In this document: positions 48,268-58,317 of the stretch, piece by piece
How positions within the stretch are numbered: position 1 is the stretch's first letter
How the letters are laid out: every line of letters starts with the position of its first letter
From: Bacillota bacterium
GTDB lineage: Bacteria > Bacillota > Peptococcia > Peptococcales > BICA1-8
Assembly (NCBI GenBank): GCA_049323895.1
Contig: JBMOKT010000008.1
Span: 250,243-314,242 of the forward strand
Direction: 5' to 3'
DNA: 64,000 nucleotides
Translations under genes and position numbers: made by a program
The notes under the pieces: model-generated
The model's input: the letters and a program-made list of their open reading frames with translations, nothing else
Told to the model about the DNA's origin: nothing
Database searches by the model: none

Positions 48268-51200
48268 CTATAATTGTATCGCTTTACCTAGACTAAACAA
48301 ATACAAATATCTTTCTTTAACCTTTTCCTTAGTTATAGTCTCTACAGCTCTGGTATAAAGGTTTATTTGCCCGGAGTACCTATCGATAAACCCTGAGAGG
48401 TCTTCATCCTTTATTTGGTCACTTTTATAATCAATTAAAACCCAGCCTCCATCCTCATACCACATGCAGTCAATTACCCCTTGCAGTAATACTTTATCAG
48501 AGGTATCGGTCCCAATATCATCATAAATCTCCTGAACATCCAAGGTTAAACTGAAGGGAATTTCCCTTTCTGCCCTTTGGGCCCTTTTAAGTCTTTCCCC
48601 TAGAGAACTCTCAAAAAAGAGCAGGATATTTTCCTGGGGGATTGACTCTTTTTGTTCTGGAGTTAGTAACTCCCTGCTTAATAAATCCTCCAGAAACATC
48701 TCCAGGTATTGCCCGGTGATTTTCTGATGTAATGGAATATGCTGCATCACACAATGGATAGCAGAGCCTTTTTCTACAGCTGTCAAAGCCTTCTTCTTTT
48801 GAAGAAATACGGGGCGCCTTCTAAATCCTTGAAAAATCCTGTTTTCTTGTAAATCAAGCTGCACTTCCTGAAATTTATGCTTAATCTCGGTAACACTAAC
48901 TTTAGCCCCTTTGGTGCTTACCCCGGGAAAGGGGTATGTCCACTCCAGCTTTTCTGCAACCTGTCTATAAAGCTGGGGATCAATCTGTACCTGCTGTAAA
49001 TCCTTAATGCTTTCCAGCATTTCCCTGGTTGCTGCAACCTGCTCATCTTCCTGGACGTTTAATTCTTCTTGCAGAACGGCAATTTCCCACGCAGATTCAT
49101 CTTCCAGCAGGGAAATTGCCTGCTGTGGGACGAATCTACGCAAGGGGATGCCATCCCTGTGCCTGGTTAACGCAGGTCCAAGCCAATCCAAAAAGCTGTC
49201 GGCCTGGGCAAGGAAGCTGTCGGGAATTTTAACAGAGGGAATGTCTAAAAATTGAGCCCAGTCCTCAATTTGTTTCTGTACCTTTCTTACAGTACCAATC
49301 ATTATCAACTTTTCCCTGGCTCTGGTCATAGCTACGTAAAGTATGCGCATTTCTTCCGCCAAGGTCTCTAGCTTAACCTTAATATCTATGGCAAGTTTAG
49401 CAATTGTTGGATATTTAATCCTCTTCTCAGGATCGATAAAAACAGGTCCAAGACCTAAATCCTTATGCAGAGTAATATCTTGCCTGGTATCCAGCATGTT
49501 AAACTTTTTGCCCAGCCCGGCAATAATTACAACGGGAAATTCCAAGCCCTTGCTTTTATGGATACTCATAATACGGACGACGTTTTCGTTTTCACTAAGG
49601 GCTTTAGCCGCCTCTAAATCACTTTTATTTTCCTCCATTCTTTGCAGGAAACGGAGAAACATAAACAGCCCCTTGAAACTGGTTGTTTCAAATTGCCTGG
49701 CCCTGTCGTGGAGGGCCCGCAGGTTTGCCTGCCGCTGGCTTCCCCCGGCCATTGCACCTACATAATCGAAATAACCCGTTTCCCGATACAAAGTCCAAAT
49801 AAGGTTTGCCAGTTCATTCTGACGGGCCAGGGTTCTCCAGTTTTCCAGCCGGGACAGGAATCCTCCCAATTTTTCGGCTAATTGGTCCTTTGTTTTCTCG
49901 ACTGTTTGTAATATAGCCTGGTAAAAATCACCTTGAGGACAATGAAGTCGGATATTTGCCATCTCCTGGGAACTTAATCCCACTAGAGGCGAGCGAAGCA
50001 CCCCAGCCAAAGGGATATCCTGCCGGGGATTATCTATAATCTTTAATAAGGAAAGCATAATCTGTACTTCCGTAGCTTTAAAATATCCCCTTCCCAGTTC
50101 TCCATAAACAGGAATTCCCAGTAAACGGAACCTTTCCAGAAAGGTCTCTGCAGAACCTTTAGGTGAGCGTAGAAGGATAACAATATCTGAATAGGTAATG
50201 GTCCGATAGTCGTTTGTTTTTTTATCAAACACAAGACAATTCTGCTCTATTAGTTCCTTAATCCGATTACCTATTATAACCGCTTCCCGTTCTACGGAAG
50301 TCAGTTGCTCTGCCTCTTCCATATCTTTTTCTACTAAATAAAATTCTACCGGACCTGCCAAACCAGCTTGCCCTTGACATTCTGGGTAAACTACGCCGCA
50401 TCTGAGGCGAGCCTCCTGGTTATATTCTATCTCCCCTAAATCCTTGCCCATTAATTGCTGAAAAACAAAGTTTACTCCATCCACAATCTCCTTGCGGCAG
50501 CGGAAATTACTAGCTAAATCTATCCGCCGGTCTGCATATCCTTCCTTGTTTGCAAAGCGGTAATATTTTTCCTGGAAAAGTTCAGGCCTTGCCAGACGGA
50601 AGCGGTAAATACTCTGCTTCACATCACCCACCATAAAAAGATTATCAGGACGGGAAACAAGCTGTAATATGGTTTCTTGAACGTCATTAATATCCTGGTA
50701 CTCATCAACTAAGACTTGGGAGTACTTTTCCTGGAGCTTCATGCTGACGGCAGAAGGTATTATCTGTTCAGGAGTTGAATTTGTTGCCATTAACAGTTGG
50801 AGACAGTAATGCTCTAAGTCATTGAAATCCATAATGTTTCGCCGTATCTTGGCCTTGGCATACTCTTCCTTAAACTCCATAACTAAGCGTCCGAGAAGCT
50901 CCAAATAAGGTTGTACAATTACTAAATCATTAATAAAGTCCTGGGGTAAACGATGAAAATATTTATTCTGCAGTCCTTTCAATATATCTTTGGCCTTATC
51001 TCTAAAGTATTTTACCTTTTCCTGCAGCTCCGGATTACTTTCTTCTTTTTTTGCCCTAGGCAGCCTGCCAAAGGCCGCAGTGGATGCCGCATCGTAGGCT
51101 TCCTTCCAGGAAAGGGATGCTGCATTTAATATATCTTCCAAGAGATAAATTTCCTCTTGAAGTGTAGCAATATAAGCGGCAGGTCCTCCCGGTGCCCCTG

Positions 51201-51891
51201 CCAGCCTAAATGCCTGCACCAGCATTTCCCGGGCAGTACTGAATTCCATTTTAATGCTTGGCAATAGGTATTGAAACCATTCCGAGCCAGTAAAACCAGT
51301 AATTACCTCTTCCAGCCATTTTTGCGGCCAGGGATTGCTTTGGGCAAAGGAAAACAGTTTGATTATCAAGTTCTGTATCAAGACATCATCCTGTGAACCT
51401 CCGTAGGCATCTATCAATTTGCTAAAACCGTCGCCGTCGACGCAGTTTGTGTAGTATTTTTCCAGGATTTCCTCCAATACATCCAGCCGTAAAAGTTCTG
51501 CCTCCGTCTCGTCAGCAATTCGGAAGTGGGGGTCTATGCCTAGAATATAGAAATTCTCCTTCACCACCTCCATGCAAAAGGAATGGAGTGTCATAATTGA
51601 TGCTTTATTAAGCAGGGTACTCTGCCGGTACAAATGACGGGAAAGGGGGTTTCTTTTTGCCGCTTGTGCCAGTGCTGCACCTATTCTCTCCTTCATCTCT
51701 GCGGCAGCGGCATTAGTAAAGGTTACCACCAAGAGGGCATCCACATCAACAGGAGCCTTTTCATCACAAATCAGTTTGATAATCCGTTCTACCAATACAG
51801 CAGTTTTTCCCGAGCCTGCTGCTGCTGCCACTAAAAGGTTGCAGTTGCGAGTATATATTGCCTGTTCCTGTTCCCTTGTCCAGGTGGTCAT
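48268..51891 (-). CDS. addA: ATP-dependent helicase/nuclease AddA
   Basis: 1207 aa. UvrD-type helicase (AAAGSGKT..) with a C-terminal RecB-family nuclease (GVIDCMW..LIDYKSD). AAGGAG SD. Confidence 0.95.
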   Translation of the reverse strand: MTTWTREQEQAIYTRNCNLLVAAAAGSGKTAVLVERIIKLICDEKAPVDVDALLVVTFTNAAAAEMKERIGAALAQAAKRNPLSRHLYRQSTLLNKASIMTLHSFCMEVVKENFYILGIDPHFRIADETEAELLRLDVLEEILEKYYTNCVDGDGFSKLIDAYGGSQDDVLIQNLIIKLFSFAQSNPWPQKWLEEVITGFTGSEWFQYLLPSIKMEFSTAREMLVQAFRLAGAPGGPAAYIATLQEEIYLLEDILNAASLSWKEAYDAASTAAFGRLPRAKKEESNPELQEKVKYFRDKAKDILKGLQNKYFHRLPQDFINDLVIVQPYLELLGRLVMEFKEEYAKAKIRRNIMDFNDLEHYCLQLLMATNSTPEQIIPSAVSMKLQEKYSQVLVDEYQDINDVQETILQLVSRPDNLFMVGDVKQSIYRFRLARPELFQEKYYRFANKEGYADRRIDLASNFRCRKEIVDGVNFVFQQLMGKDLGEIEYNQEARLRCGVVYPECQGQAGLAGPVEFYLVEKDMEEAEQLTSVEREAVIIGNRIKELIEQNCLVFDKKTNDYRTITYSDIVILLRSPKGSAETFLERFRLLGIPVYGELGRGYFKATEVQIMLSLLKIIDNPRQDIPLAGVLRSPLVGLSSQEMANIRLHCPQGDFYQAILQTVEKTKDQLAEKLGGFLSRLENWRTLARQNELANLIWTLYRETGYFDYVGAMAGGSQRQANLRALHDRARQFETTSFKGLFMFLRFLQRMEENKSDLEAAKALSENENVVRIMSIHKSKGLEFPVVIIAGLGKKFNMLDTRQDITLHKDLGLGPVFIDPEKRIKYPTIAKLAIDIKVKLETLAEEMRILYVAMTRAREKLIMIGTVRKVQKQIEDWAQFLDIPSVKIPDSFLAQADSFLDWLGPALTRHRDGIPLRRFVPQQAISLLEDESAWEIAVLQEELNVQEDEQVAATREMLESIKDLQQVQIDPQLYRQVAEKLEWTYPFPGVSTKGAKVSVTEIKHKFQEVQLDLQENRIFQGFRRRPVFLQKKKALTAVEKGSAIHCVMQHIPLHQKITGQYLEMFLEDLLSRELLTPEQKESIPQENILLFFESSLGERLKRAQRAEREIPFSLTLDVQEIYDDIGTDTSDKVLLQGVIDCMWYEDGGWVLIDYKSDQIKDEDLSGFIDRYSGQINLYTRAVETITKEKVKERYLYLFSLGKAIQL

Positions 51892-52180
51892 GGTAACAAC
51901 TCCTTATTCGTCGTGTCGTCTACTCATCTTTTCGTCTTTTCGTCTAGTGGTCATCTCGTGTTGGTCTAAAGTATTAGGTCTGTATGACGACTAATGGTTT
52001 TCATTATTGGTCGGTATTTCGGCTAAAGGGATTTACTGAATGTCAACATTTTTAACCCTGTCTCGCGAATGAGCTTGCGATTGAACAAAAGGATGTTATT
52101 CGGTGACACGGTTTTTTAGCCAACTAGCCACTGACTGATTTTTCTAGTCAGCAACAAGCTCCAAGTCACTAGTCACTACT
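51892..52180 (-). repeat. mosaic island E between addB and addA
   Basis: TCGTC-rich words (cgtcgtgtcgtct, ttttcgtcttttcgtct) at 51909-51946; agccaactagccactgactg 52128-52147; agtcactagtcactact 52164-52180, overlapping the last codons and the TAG stop of addB. Confidence 0.8.
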
Positions 52181-55100
52181 TAACAATTCCCAGACTTGCT
52201 CATTACTTAATGGCTTAATAGTACGGAAGCAGTTGTTTTCTACCTGCCGGTCAAACTGGCAGACAATCAAAAAGGAACAGTAACTGCAAGCTTGAAAACC
52301 CTTAAACTCATAGGGCGAAATACTCACATCCCCCTTTAGTACAGCTTCTCCCGCCTTTTTCATGATTCCCCTGACATGATTTCGTAAAGCCTCTATCTGT
52401 TCAGTATTTACCGCTTTAGAATTCTTATAAAATTGTCCATCCTTATTGATGGCTGCAGGAATAATAGGTGACCAACCGTCCTTGGTTTCTCCATCCATAA
52501 GTTGAAAAACCTCCTGATCTGCCACCAGCAGCCCCTCCATTTTTAGTTCCTTGAGGATGTTTTTTTCCAGTTCATCCTCGGAAATTGGACCTGTCAAAGA
52601 CAGCATAGGATCCTTTAGAAAAAAATATAATATACCGGCAGGCAGCGCTTCTTTGGTCTGCAGCAGCTGGTCGGCATAAGTAAGGACAATGTCCAAATAG
52701 GTTAACAGTTGAAGCTTTAAGCCATAATAGACCTCCATAATACCTAATCCCGCATTGCCCGACTTATAATCTATTACCCTTAGGAAATACTTTCCTTCCT
52801 TGCAGGCTGCATCCACCCGGTCAATTCTTCCTACTAACTCCATTTCCGTTCCATCTTCCAGGGTTATCTTTAAAGCAGGCAAAGAACCTTGGGGTCCAAA
52901 AGCTGCTTCTAAAGCCACAGGTCTGAATTTGCCCCTGCGGGCATGCTCAGCCAAGATGAGAGCAGCTCTTTGGATTGTCTTTTTAAACCTCTTAGTGAGG
53001 TATTTGTATTTTGCCGAGCTTAAAAGAATTTCCCCCTGTACCTGGGGAATCAGCTCTTCAGCAATATTGTCACAAAGGATTATAATGGCTTTTTTATCTA
53101 ATTGAGTCCAATCCAAGTTCTCAACTTCAAGTTTATTAGCTAAGGATTCTAAGGCCTTGTGGTAAAAACGTCCTAAATCAGGCTGGGAAAGTTTAAAAAT
53201 TTCCCTTTCCCGCAAGCCCAGTCCATAAGTACTGAAATGGGAAAAAGGGCAGGCTTGGAATTTTTCTAAACGGGATACGCTGACCCTTAAGGGGTTGCCG
53301 AACAAACCTCTAGCAGTAAGGGAATCAATTGGTAGGGCCTGATTGGTATGAAACAGACCCTCAACAACCCTTTGCAAACCTAATTTGCCTTGTTGATTTT
53401 GCAAAAGCCATTGGTAGATATTCCACCAAACTGGCTCAACAGGTTGTCCCTCCCTAGCCTGACGCAGTTGTATCCCTAAACCCGATAAAGCCTTTTGGGG
53501 ATGGTTTATAAACTCCGGCTCCATCCAGGATAAAGTTTCACATAGCTTAGGGAAAATATCCTTGATCCTTCTAATGATTGAAGAAGGTCTTAATGCCCTG
53601 CCTTCACTATCGGCCAGGGGATAGCTTAGAACTAAATAGTGGCTGGCCCGGGTCAGGGCCATATAGACTAAAAACTCCTCTGTAAAGACCTTTTCCTTAT
53701 TTCCCGGTGCCAGTTCCAGCCCAATATCCTTTAAATAATCCCGCTCAAAATCATTAAATATTCCTTCCGAACCAGGTCTGGCAGGGAAAATCCCTTCCAA
53801 GACACCTAAAATAAATACACCCTTTAAATTAGGATTTCTTGAACGCTCTAATGAACCAACAACCACCTGGTCCAGACCGGGAGGTATTAAACCTAACTTC
53901 AGACTTTGCAGTCCCGTATCAATAATCTTTATAAAGCTATCCAGATTAAAGGGCTGTGCACCCATGGTTTCTGAGATTTGGTCAAGAATATCCATGATGC
54001 CATCCCAGATTTGGTTGTGTTCCCCTGCTGACACCAGCCGTCCCTGCTCTCCTGCCTCTAGTGAGCAATTCTCCAATTTACGTGAGACATCCAATTCAAC
54101 CAATAAATTATATATGGCTGCAACAGCATCAACATTACATTGGCATTGGCGGATTGCAACTGTAAAAGAATGAAGTTCCTTAATACCCCTCCGGCGAATA
54201 CTATTTATATTACCATTGTCTTTGCATTTCCAATCTTTATGGTGGTGCCACCTTTTACCTCTAATACCATAGGCTAATATATAGTTCTCCAATATATCAG
54301 CATCAGCCCGGCTGATATTAGTCAGGTCCGTTTTGAAATAGCGGGACACAGCCTGATAGGACCAATCTTCCATTACTGCCTCTAAGGCTGACCTGAGCAA
54401 CTCAACTAAGGGATGATGCATAACCGTTCTTTTCCTGTCAATAAAAAAGGGAATTTCGTAATCGGAAAAAATAGTCTCTATCAATAGATCATAATTGTTA
54501 AAGTCTCTTAGGAGTAATGCAATATCCTTATACCGCCAGCCTTCATCCCGGCATAGCCTTCTAATTTCCCCCGCTACCGACTCAACTTCCTCCCGCTGGT
54601 TTTGGGAACTGATAATCCTGATGTTTCTTACTTCTTCATCGAAGGGTTGGGCGGCAGGTGCAAAAAAATTCTCTTCTAAATAACTAAGGTCGCGTTGTTG
54701 GGCAAAACGGTATGGTTTCTCATTAACCGCTAAAACATATGGTTTTTCAATTGGGACGCTGCTTTTCAAGGCAGCATCTGTCAATCTGTCAAAGGTTTTG
54801 TTTGTCTCCTGAAAGATATTTCTTTTGTCCAGGGTCAATAAAACATTGACCCTTTTAGCAGTTTGCAGCAGCACCTTAATTACACTTATTTCCTGGGGAG
54901 TAAAGCCAAAAAAACCATCCAGCCAGATTTCTGAATTAATTATAGTGGGAGATGAATGGGCTTTGACACCTAAAAGGCTTAAGGAATCATCGGGATCAAT
55001 AAATTTATCAGCAAGATAATTTTCCAAATCGGAATATATCAGTTCCAATTCCCGCAGCTTGGATAATAAAAGAGAGTCTTCCTGGCTTTTTGCCTGCAAA

Positions 55101-55528
55101 ACATTGTTTAAATCCTGATTACTGATTTGGTATAGCTTGAATTCAGAAATGGCTGAAGATACGCTATCTATAAAGCCGGGGAAGTCACCGGCTTTGTTGA
55201 AAATTTGCAACTGGTCTTTACGATTTTCTATAAATTGACGAATAACCATATGCTTGCCCAGGTCACTAATATGTACCTTATTGCCTCCGCCTGTTTCCTG
55301 AAACACCCGCCAGGCTAAACGGCGAAAGCTTAAAACCTGTGTACCTATAATACCTTGGAGTTGGGGATGGGAAGCCAGCGCTAATTCGTATTGGAAGGTA
55401 GCCTGTTCAGGAACCAACAAAATATGGGGTTTGTTAAGGGGCGACGATAATAGGTCTTCCTTTATATAATTTAGACAGTATGTAGTTTTTCCTGAGCCTG
55501 CAGGTCCCAAAATGAATCGCAAAGTCAT
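52169..55528 (-). CDS. addB: ATP-dependent helicase/nuclease AddB
   Basis: 1119 aa. Walker A GPAGSGKT, a C-terminal nuclease (GRIDRVD..VIDYKSG) and Fe-S cysteines (CPFSHF.. CSYCSFLIVC). Confidence 0.95.
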   Translation of the reverse strand: MTLRFILGPAGSGKTTYCLNYIKEDLLSSPLNKPHILLVPEQATFQYELALASHPQLQGIIGTQVLSFRRLAWRVFQETGGGNKVHISDLGKHMVIRQFIENRKDQLQIFNKAGDFPGFIDSVSSAISEFKLYQISNQDLNNVLQAKSQEDSLLLSKLRELELIYSDLENYLADKFIDPDDSLSLLGVKAHSSPTIINSEIWLDGFFGFTPQEISVIKVLLQTAKRVNVLLTLDKRNIFQETNKTFDRLTDAALKSSVPIEKPYVLAVNEKPYRFAQQRDLSYLEENFFAPAAQPFDEEVRNIRIISSQNQREEVESVAGEIRRLCRDEGWRYKDIALLLRDFNNYDLLIETIFSDYEIPFFIDRKRTVMHHPLVELLRSALEAVMEDWSYQAVSRYFKTDLTNISRADADILENYILAYGIRGKRWHHHKDWKCKDNGNINSIRRRGIKELHSFTVAIRQCQCNVDAVAAIYNLLVELDVSRKLENCSLEAGEQGRLVSAGEHNQIWDGIMDILDQISETMGAQPFNLDSFIKIIDTGLQSLKLGLIPPGLDQVVVGSLERSRNPNLKGVFILGVLEGIFPARPGSEGIFNDFERDYLKDIGLELAPGNKEKVFTEEFLVYMALTRASHYLVLSYPLADSEGRALRPSSIIRRIKDIFPKLCETLSWMEPEFINHPQKALSGLGIQLRQAREGQPVEPVWWNIYQWLLQNQQGKLGLQRVVEGLFHTNQALPIDSLTARGLFGNPLRVSVSRLEKFQACPFSHFSTYGLGLREREIFKLSQPDLGRFYHKALESLANKLEVENLDWTQLDKKAIIILCDNIAEELIPQVQGEILLSSAKYKYLTKRFKKTIQRAALILAEHARRGKFRPVALEAAFGPQGSLPALKITLEDGTEMELVGRIDRVDAACKEGKYFLRVIDYKSGNAGLGIMEVYYGLKLQLLTYLDIVLTYADQLLQTKEALPAGILYFFLKDPMLSLTGPISEDELEKNILKELKMEGLLVADQEVFQLMDGETKDGWSPIIPAAINKDGQFYKNSKAVNTEQIEALRNHVRGIMKKAGEAVLKGDVSISPYEFKGFQACSYCSFLIVCQFDRQVENNCFRTIKPLSNEQVWELLSSD

Positions 55529-55845
55529 ATTTACACCGGCTTTCGTTAAGTAGTTACTGGTGACTGGTATAAAAGTGTGAAATTATAAAAGTGTGATAGT
55601 GTGACAGTAAAAGAACGTGCGGATATAAACGTCTAGCTTACAGGACGTGTCACGATGAATGGCAATTTTCCGGGATGTGCTGCCGGGTCACCGATTGACA
55701 GTCTTTTGTTCTTGACTCTCTTACTTTTTCACTTTTACACTCTTTGAAATTCTTACTTTTCAGTAGCACTGTAGCACAGACACGCTGTATATCATATAAG
55801 CTTTCACACGGACAAGCAGTATTTACGTAATAGCTTACCTTTACA
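55529..55845 (+). repeat. mosaic island F in the addB/ecsC divergent region
   Basis: actggtgactggt; aaaagtgtgatagtgtgacagtaaaagaacgtg; gtctagcttacaggacgtgt 55631-55650; core gatgaatggcaattttccgggatgtg 55654-55679; ctcttactttttcacttttacactctttg; cagtagcactgtagcac; tagcttacctttac ~55830-55844. Confidence 0.8.
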
Positions 55846-55985
55846 ATAAACCGGTTTGACGGTTTAATGTTATATTTCTACCCAAAGAACATATGTTCCT
55901 GCAACTATTATTAAAGAATTTTCGTATACTATAAAAGTAATAAACAAAGGTTGACATGGCTTCAAGAAGGAAGGAAATAAATTTT

Positions 55986-56705
55986 ATGGAATATGAGGTA
56001 AGGGTCAAAAAAGAATTGGCTGCCTGGGAAAAAAAAATCTTATGCAGGACCGGAATCTTGGAACAAATGTCAAGAGGTATGCAGAAGAAGATTGATTCCT
56101 TTATCCCCCCTAAGATACACAAGACAATAAGCAAAACTATGGAAGTAACCATCAAATCAATACTGGCGGGAATCAACCTTATCCCTGTTGATGAAAAAAA
56201 GCTGCGTATCGCCCAGAATCTTAGTTTGGCGGAGGTGGATTGTGAAGTAGATAAAATCATAAAAAACTACAAGAAGGTTGCAGCGGCAACTGGAGCCGGA
56301 ACCGGCTGGGGAGGTTTACTGGGCCTGGCAGTGGATTATCCTGCATTAATTTCTCTGGAATTGAAAATGCTGCAGGAAATTGCCCTAGCCCACGGTTATG
56401 ATATAAACTTAAAACCAGAAAGAACCTACCTGCTTAAGGTCTTCATTTTGGCTTTTTCCGCAGACTCCTGCAGAAAAAGAACCTATTTGGAATTGCTAAA
56501 CTTCCAGAACCAAAGGGAAATAGACTGGCAGCAACTGTACCATGAATATAAGGAACGGGTAGAATTTAAAAAAATGCTCCAGATTATCCCCGGATTTGGA
56601 GCTGTCGTAGGAGCCTGGGCAAACTATGGACTAATAACCGAGTTAGGAGAGACTGCCCGCAACGCATATCGGCTACGATACTTCAAACGGCAAGAGCTAC
56701 GCTAA
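55986..56705 (+). CDS. EcsC-family protein
   Basis: Start at MEYEVRVKKELAAWEKK.. The family pattern (..GAGTGWGG..A..D.PAL) matches EcsC/PF12787 as I recall it. Confidence 0.6.
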   Translation: MEYEVRVKKELAAWEKKILCRTGILEQMSRGMQKKIDSFIPPKIHKTISKTMEVTIKSILAGINLIPVDEKKLRIAQNLSLAEVDCEVDKIIKNYKKVAAATGAGTGWGGLLGLAVDYPALISLELKMLQEIALAHGYDINLKPERTYLLKVFILAFSADSCRKRTYLELLNFQNQREIDWQQLYHEYKERVEFKKMLQIIPGFGAVVGAWANYGLITELGETARNAYRLRYFKRQELR

Positions 56706-57041
56706 GGTAAAGGTAAGCTATTAGGTTAATTTTTCCGTCAGGAAAAGATACACTTTGGGGCTAAATATTCCGTCAGGTATAGAAAAACACCAGTTTGATA
56801 GTGTGATAGTTTGAAAGTTTGATAGTATAATACGTGTCACAATGATTGTCTAGCTTATAGGACGTGACATCGTGTCGCCGTGACATCGAATATCAGCACC
56901 CAATAGTTCTGGGGCTACTGTAGCTACTGTATTTATTTTACCTTTACCTGTCCCAAAAAATATACCCGGAAGCTTACCTCTACCTGTCATGCAGAGTCGC
57001 TTTATAGCTTACCTGACATGCAGTATACCTCCATAGCTCAA
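56706..57041 (+). repeat. mosaic island G between the convergent ecsC and rnhA genes, with GGTAAAGGTAAGCT / AGCTTACCT.TACC inverted termini
   Basis: aaaggtaagctattaggt 56709-56726 (identical to 10608-10625); ttccgtcagg x2; gtttgatagtgtgatagtttgaaagtttgatagt; gtctagcttataggacgtg 56848-56866; cgtgacatcgtgtcgccgtgacatcg; ctactgtagctactgt; agcttacctctacctgtcatgcag 56971-56994; agcttacctgacatgcag 57006-57023. Confidence 0.85.
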
Positions 57042-57527
57042 TCAATCTTCTCTCGCATCTATGGGTAAATCGGGCAGTTGGGCTGCAGTAGTTGCCAACT
57101 GGTCACAACGCTCATTTTCCGGTGTACCGCTATGCCCCCTTACCCAGACAAATTTAACCTCATGCCTAGCAAGGGCTTGCAGAAGCCTTTGCCAGAGATC
57201 GATATTTTTGGCCTTAATCCCTTTTTTGGGGTCCCGGTACCAGCCGTTTTTTTGCCAGCGTTCAATCCACTTTTCTTCAATGGATTTTACAAGATACTGG
57301 GAATCGGAGTAAAGGGTTACCCGGCAAGGCTTTTTCAAAGCCTCCAGCCCTATAACGGCAGCCATAATCTCCATTCTGTTGTTTGTTGTATTTTTGTAAC
57401 CCCCTGATAGCTCCTTGCGGTGGGTTTCACCTTTATCATCGGTAAATAATAAAACTGCCCCATAGCCTCCGGGACCATCAGGATTACCCTTACATGCCCC
57501 GTCGGTATAAATTGTAACCTGCTGCAT
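57042..57527 (-). CDS. rnhA: ribonuclease HI
   Basis: Start at [23 protein letters not shown].. DEDD catalytic pattern (D..E..D..D). GGGAGG SD. Confidence 0.9.
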   Translation of the reverse strand: MQQVTIYTDGACKGNPDGPGGYGAVLLFTDDKGETHRKELSGGYKNTTNNRMEIMAAVIGLEALKKPCRVTLYSDSQYLVKSIEEKWIERWQKNGWYRDPKKGIKAKNIDLWQRLLQALARHEVKFVWVRGHSGTPENERCDQLATTAAQLPDLPIDARED

Positions 57528-57715
57528 AAACCAACCTCCCAATTTGTGGTTTAATAAAACCTAACCCGGCTTTTGTACCCTTAGATATGCTATTTGCCCC
57601 ACTGATAAAAAACCTCTCCTCTTTATTCTTTGGTTTTAGTTTTTTATTTTCTCCAAATTAGGTAATTTTTCCTTCCTTTTCCTCAGTTTAAGCCACTTTT
57701 ATAAACTGCTAATGT

Positions 57716-58187
57716 CTACTTAAGCCTTGCACTAAACCAATACATTGTTTTAGCTAAAACAACTCCATAAATAATTGCACCTGCAAAATCAGAAGCAGCT
57801 GTATCAAAATGCAATGGTATAGTTGCTTCTATTTTATATAATAGGGAAATGCCATAAAGCAAAAACCAAGTAAATGAACCAAAAATACCACCTTTTAAAA
57901 GATAATTGACACTATTAATTTGAGTGATTAAATAAGCAAAAATAATACCTAAAACTCCAGAAAAAATAATTTGTGCAACCAAAGCAAAAACTGTCTCTAT
58001 TGTATTTTCAGGTTTAATACCATAAATCATAATTGCAGCCCAGTCAATATATCTTAGTTCAGCAACCCCAAAATAAAAAGAAATGGAGTCAAAAATATTC
58101 AGGAGGAAAACCATGGATTTAAGAGATAGATTTGCAAGAGGCTTTTTGGCTGGGATAGTTGGCGGAATTGTTATGGTAAGTTGTTAA
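57716..58187 (-). pseudogene. 4-TM membrane-protein gene whose first ~20 codons are inverted relative to the rest (a split gene in this orientation)
   Basis: The body lies on the minus strand (57716..58114; it starts mid-helix at MVFLLNIF.. with no SD). The missing N-terminus MDLRDRFARGFLAGIVGGIVMV is encoded on the plus strand at 58113-58178. Flipping 58115-58172 between ACCAT (58110-58114) and ATGGT (58173-58177) restores one in-frame 152-codon ORF. Confidence 0.6.
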
Positions 58188-58267
58188 ATATAGTCTTTCC
58201 TATTTTAAATGGAAAATAAAACAAGCATTTATTGTCATATCCCAAAGCCAATAGCCAAACTGATATG

Positions 58268-58317
58268 CTCCCCTTTAGCGGCAGGCAATATTCTTTACCT
58301 GTCTGCCGTAAGGGGAG
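58268..58317. other. long imperfect stem-loop between ATPase paralogue 2 and the split membrane gene
   Basis: CTCCCCTTTAGCGGCAGG..(loop with tctttacctgtc word)..CCTGTCTGCCGTAAGGGGAG. There is no U-tract, so it may be a terminator or an RNA-stability element. Confidence 0.45.

Noticed and set aside
55841-56260. Minus-strand ORF of 139 aa
   Set aside because: It overlaps the 5' half of the plus-strand EcsC-family gene and extends into repeat island F. It has no SD and no motifs.
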